From NCBI RefSeq assembly GCF_006345805.1, contig NC_043009.1, positions 20,026,001 to 20,090,000 on the forward strand: a stretch of DNA of 64,000 bases, in the 5' to 3' direction. The notes under the pieces are model-generated. The model had not been told where the DNA came from. It made no database searches and saw only the letters and a program-made list of their open reading frames with translations. The stretch comes from Octopus sinensis (taxonomy: Eukaryota). This document shows positions 60,407 to 64,000 of the stretch, in pieces (position 1 is the stretch's first letter; each line of letters begins with the position of its first letter). The position numbers were made by a program, and so were the translations under genes.

Positions 60407-63406
60407 TCATAGGATCATGTTCAAGGTGGCTTCATCATTCATACGTGCCATCCTTGCTACATTTACCCATCTTTTTTTGAAACAGTCGCTAGACAAAACT
60501 TCCCTCTCTACTCTCACTTTCCTTGTCAAGTGATACTTGAAAAAGTTGATGAGAGATCAACCAGAGAGGAAAGTGTTTGTCTCCAATCCTTTCAGACGCG
60601 TCCACCAGATACATTCTTTCGCCATAGCTACAAGGATGATGAAAATAGCTCTTCCTTCCCGTTTGAAGGAAGGAGGCATGACGATATTGACGATAGACTC
60701 AGCTGATAAACCGACTCGTCCCACACGTGACAGCAGTCATTCGACATAAGCCCACACGTCGAAAATGGTTGGACACTGCACGATTGCATGCAGAACGGTT
60801 TCGTCGCTCTGACCGCATCTCGGGCAGGTCGGCCCCGTGGTTCCCGAGCCGTGTCTGTAGAGCTTATCCTGAACAGGTAGCGCTTCTCGATAGCACTGGC
60901 AGGCCAGGGATCTCTGGAAGTTGTCCATAGGTCCCGGCCCGAAAGTCGTCCTGAGCAGGCGGGTCAGGTATTCCTTGTCAACGCCCAGGTTCGCCCTGAG
61001 ATCGTCGTCGTACCTCCCCCCCCCCCCACTAATCCCCTATAAAATGCTTTCATGGTGATGCAGTTGCTCAAGTTCGACCCAGGACGGCAGAGTTGCTGGA
61101 GAGCAATGCAACACTTGCGGTGCCATTCGCCCTTCCTCGGCCTCTTTTTGATCCACGATTGCAGCTCGGCCATGGACACGAGTTGCGGGAAAGCGCAACG
61201 CACAAACGGCGACCACACCTGCTTACCGGCGTGTACGTAGAGCCTGAGATGTTGCAGTCTCAGCGCGTGTTTGCACATCATCAACCACGGCATGCCCAGC
61301 CCTCATTTCAGCGGGTGCTGACAGCAAACGGATCGCCTGACCATCGGAACGTTTCCTTTCCACAAGAAGCGGAAGAGGATGCGCTCCAATTTGGTGATGG
61401 TAGGGTCGGAACAAGGCATGACGGTCAGGCGGTAGTTGATGACGGGTGCGATATACGCATTCGCCAGCTTCCGCAGTAGTGGCTCAAGAGTCAATACGTA
61501 CAGAAGCGACGAGAGGGGGCATCCCTGACAGACCGAATGTGCAATGTCGAAAGGTCTCGATAGATGCCCGTTCACACGAATTACCAAACGGATGCCTCTG
61601 TACAAGGCAGCCATCCAGCCGTGGAAGACGGGAGCGATGCCGGCCGCTACGAGGACAGCCTCCAAGTATCAATGGTCTACCCTATCGAAAGCTTTCGATC
61701 GATCCAAATTGATCAGGCCCCCACCCACACCAGGTTCCTTAGCTACCCTGTCTATGATGTAGCGCATCAGATGGCGGTTGTCATGGATGCTCTGGCCCGG
61801 CACGGCACACGTTTGCGTCTTGTTGACCAGTTTCACGATGACAAGGGCCAACCTCTTGGCTAACATTTTGGCCAAAATTTTCAAGTCTGCATTAAGCAGA
61901 GTGATGGGCCTAAAGTTATCTATTACATTCCCCTTGTTTGGATCTTTCTTTAGCAGCGTTACGGCTCCTCAACTCACCACTGCCAAGACGTCTCCAAACA
62001 AGTCTGGCATACAACTGTAAAGCTCGTAGAGCAGACCATCCAAACCCGGCGATTTGTCCCTCGAGCATTCTGCCATCGCGTCCTGCATTTCCGCCGCCAT
62101 GATGGCACCTTCGCAGCGCCCAGCCTCTCTTGTCGAGAGTTGTGGTAGGCTGTGTAGGTAGGCACCGAAGTCCACCCTACATTCTTGCCCGCAACTCATC
62201 CCAAACAGTCGGGCAAAACGCTGTTGAAAGGCCTCACACATTTTACTTGGCTCGAGCAATTCGCGCCCCTGTTCATCTACCAGAGACCGAATGGTGGCTT
62301 TCTTGCCCTGTTGCGCATCTGCCACCCGGACTTCTCTCGTGGCTCCAACACCTTCGTTCCTTAGAGCACGCATCCTAGCTCTGACAACACACCCTTCGTG
62401 TTTGGCGTTGAAGTGTTGGTCGAGGGCCAACTTCGCCACCAAAACGCCAGATGCGATTCCGCTTCTAATTGCCTCTTCTAGCTTCTTAACTAGCTCACCC
62501 TCTACTCTCTTTCTATCTATGGGTAGTGCTTTGCTGTACCTAATCGCTTCTGCTTTTACTGCTCTCTTGAGAGCAAACAACCATTTGTTGTTGATGATGA
62601 CTCCCATCAAATCCCTCTTTACTAGTGTGCTCATCCGGTCTCTGAAAACCTGTCTCGACGGGAAAGACGCATTCAGTTTCCATTAACCATGAACCTGCCT
62701 ATATGCCTTATCTAAGTCTAGCATACACGTCACAAGTTTGTGATCTGTGTAGCTGACTATGCGGAGTTGTGAACATTCTAAGCTATCCCTATCTGCTGCT
62801 CTGCATAGTATCCTATCTAGATACAATCTCGACAACCCGATGCAGTTGCTCCATGTCCCCATTGGCACATTCGAGTGGTTGTGTCGGTACCTGTCAGACA
62901 GTTGAAAGCGTCTGAGCAGGTCTCTGATGCATTTACATCCCCGTCTATTTTCATCTCTCCCCACGTAGTCTAAATGTGTGTCCAAGGTAGCATTCCAATC
63001 CCCCACTAAAAGTAAAGGACGAGACGTTCCCAGGAATACTTCTAGACATCGAAAGAAATCCACCCGACCTGTTAAAGGTGGTGCATAGACTGCCAGCAGT
63101 CGAACAACGCACCCATCACTGCCGTTGACATCCAAGACAACCAGTCTACCCTCCGGGTCTACTAATATCGTCTTTACTTCGAGATCCAGACTCTTGCGAA
63201 AAAGTACCACCCATCCTCGGCAGACAGGGAGAAAAATAAATGTTAAACTGTCCGCCAAACATTGTCTTTAGGGCCCGTGGTTCATGGAGTCTGGTCTCAC
63301 TTATTGCTATGATTTCCAAATTATGTGACTTTATGTCATTTAAAAGATACTCTTGTTTCCAAGGGGACCCCAAGCCACGTGCATTCACACAACCAATCTT
63401 GACCAT
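60407..63406 (-). pseudogene. Tx1/L1 ORF2 (endonuclease-RT-zinc finger), frameshifted and internally deleted
   Basis: CVNARGL, ISETRL, VYAP, VGDWNA, YLDRIL, TDHK, KSPGLDGL, NFRPITLLNAD, DRSKAFDRVDH, CQGCPLS, CPRCGQSDETVLHAIVQC; YADD region absent. Confidence 0.92.
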
Positions 63407-63455
63407 GATCCTATTGAGTTGTGTGCTTTAAAACACAAACGAAAGGAACAGAGAG

Positions 63456-64000
63456 TTACTTACCTTTCGAAAGATTTGTCTCCTCCTTTGATTTTTCATC
63501 AAGGAGGCTGTTATACATTTTTTTGCATAAATATCTATGACATTCTCCTACTGCATTGGGATAGAGCGATTTTAGTGTGTGGTGCAATGTTGGTGATTTG
63601 TGATAAATTTTTATGTGTTCTGGTAGTGTTGTGTGTGGGTGGTTGTTCGTTTTAATGTCGTTTTCTGTAATGTTTGTGTTTGTGTTGATGTATTTCATCA
63701 ACTCTGTGTTTTTGGTGTCTATGGCTGTGAGCATATTCTTTGTAGGTATTTTTGTGGCGTTGATATTGTTTGTGGTAGGGTTTGAGATGTCTTCGGGAGA
63801 TGTATATCTCCCTGCTTTGTTTGCATTTGTATTGGATTTGGTTCTTTTTTTGCTCCTTTCCCTCCTCCCTTTTCTGGCTATTTGCCATTCGTCAGTGCTT
63901 TCATCTTCCAACGAAATTTCCGAGGAATCGGAAGGGGGTACGGGTGTGTTGTAGGCTTCAATGTATGTTTGTGCAGTTGGTTGTGTTGTTGTTTTCGTTG
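63456..64000 (-). CDS. C-terminal part of Tx1 ORF1 (Thr/Asn/Lys-rich, low complexity)
   Basis: Frame open from the window edge (TKTTTQPTAQTYIEAY...) to a stop 49 nt upstream of the ORF2 start. Confidence 0.65.
   Translation of the reverse strand, partial: TKTTTQPTAQTYIEAYNTPVPPSDSSEISLEDESTDEWQIARKGRRERSKKRTKSNTNANKAGRYTSPEDISNPTTNNINATKIPTKNMLTAIDTKNTELMKYINTNTNITENDIKTNNHPHTTLPEHIKIYHKSPTLHHTLKSLYPNAVGECHRYLCKKMYNSLLDEKSKEETNLSKGK

Larger units (their letters stand above)
60108..64000 (-). mobile_element. Tx1/L1-clade LINE: ORF1 C-terminus, disrupted ORF2, ~300-nt 3' UTR; 5' end lies outside the window
   Basis: APE endonuclease, RT and C-terminal zinc motif pieces in order; AATAAAGAAA end next to (GATA)3. 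Confidence 0.92.

Noticed and set aside
60537-63954. Several plus-strand ORFs of 60-130 aa
   Set aside because: Antisense shadows of the GC-richer Tx1 coding sequence.

Overview
Eukaryotic, very AT-rich, repeat-dominated genomic DNA. The (TA)n/(CATA)n satellites and the SINE and LINE families look like an octopod (Octopus) genome; this is recognition from memory, not a database hit. No host protein could be identified. A CpG-retaining promoter-like region lies at ~33.3-34.0 kb, with candidate small exons running leftwards on the minus strand (low confidence). Mobile elements: a 5'-truncated CR1-group LINE (2.5-4.2 kb), several RTE-clade LINE fragments, an R4/Dong-like RLE retrotransposon with a 685-aa open frame sitting in (TAA)n (39.1-41.5 kb), a Tx1/L1-clade LINE (60.1-64 kb), a full-length Tc1 element with DD36E spacing (54.8-56.05 kb), two non-autonomous Helitrons, a MITE and dozens of tRNA-derived SINEs. 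Most notable observations: (1) four different SINE tails each match a LINE 3' end present in the same window, one through a covarying stem-loop; (2) two minimal hammerhead-ribozyme motifs near 50.1 and 50.6 kb; (3) four long fold-back palindromes, one with a 20/23 match to miR-9-5p at its apex; (4) many elements are inserted in microsatellites. Almost all long ORFs in the supplied track outside these elements are microsatellite artefacts.
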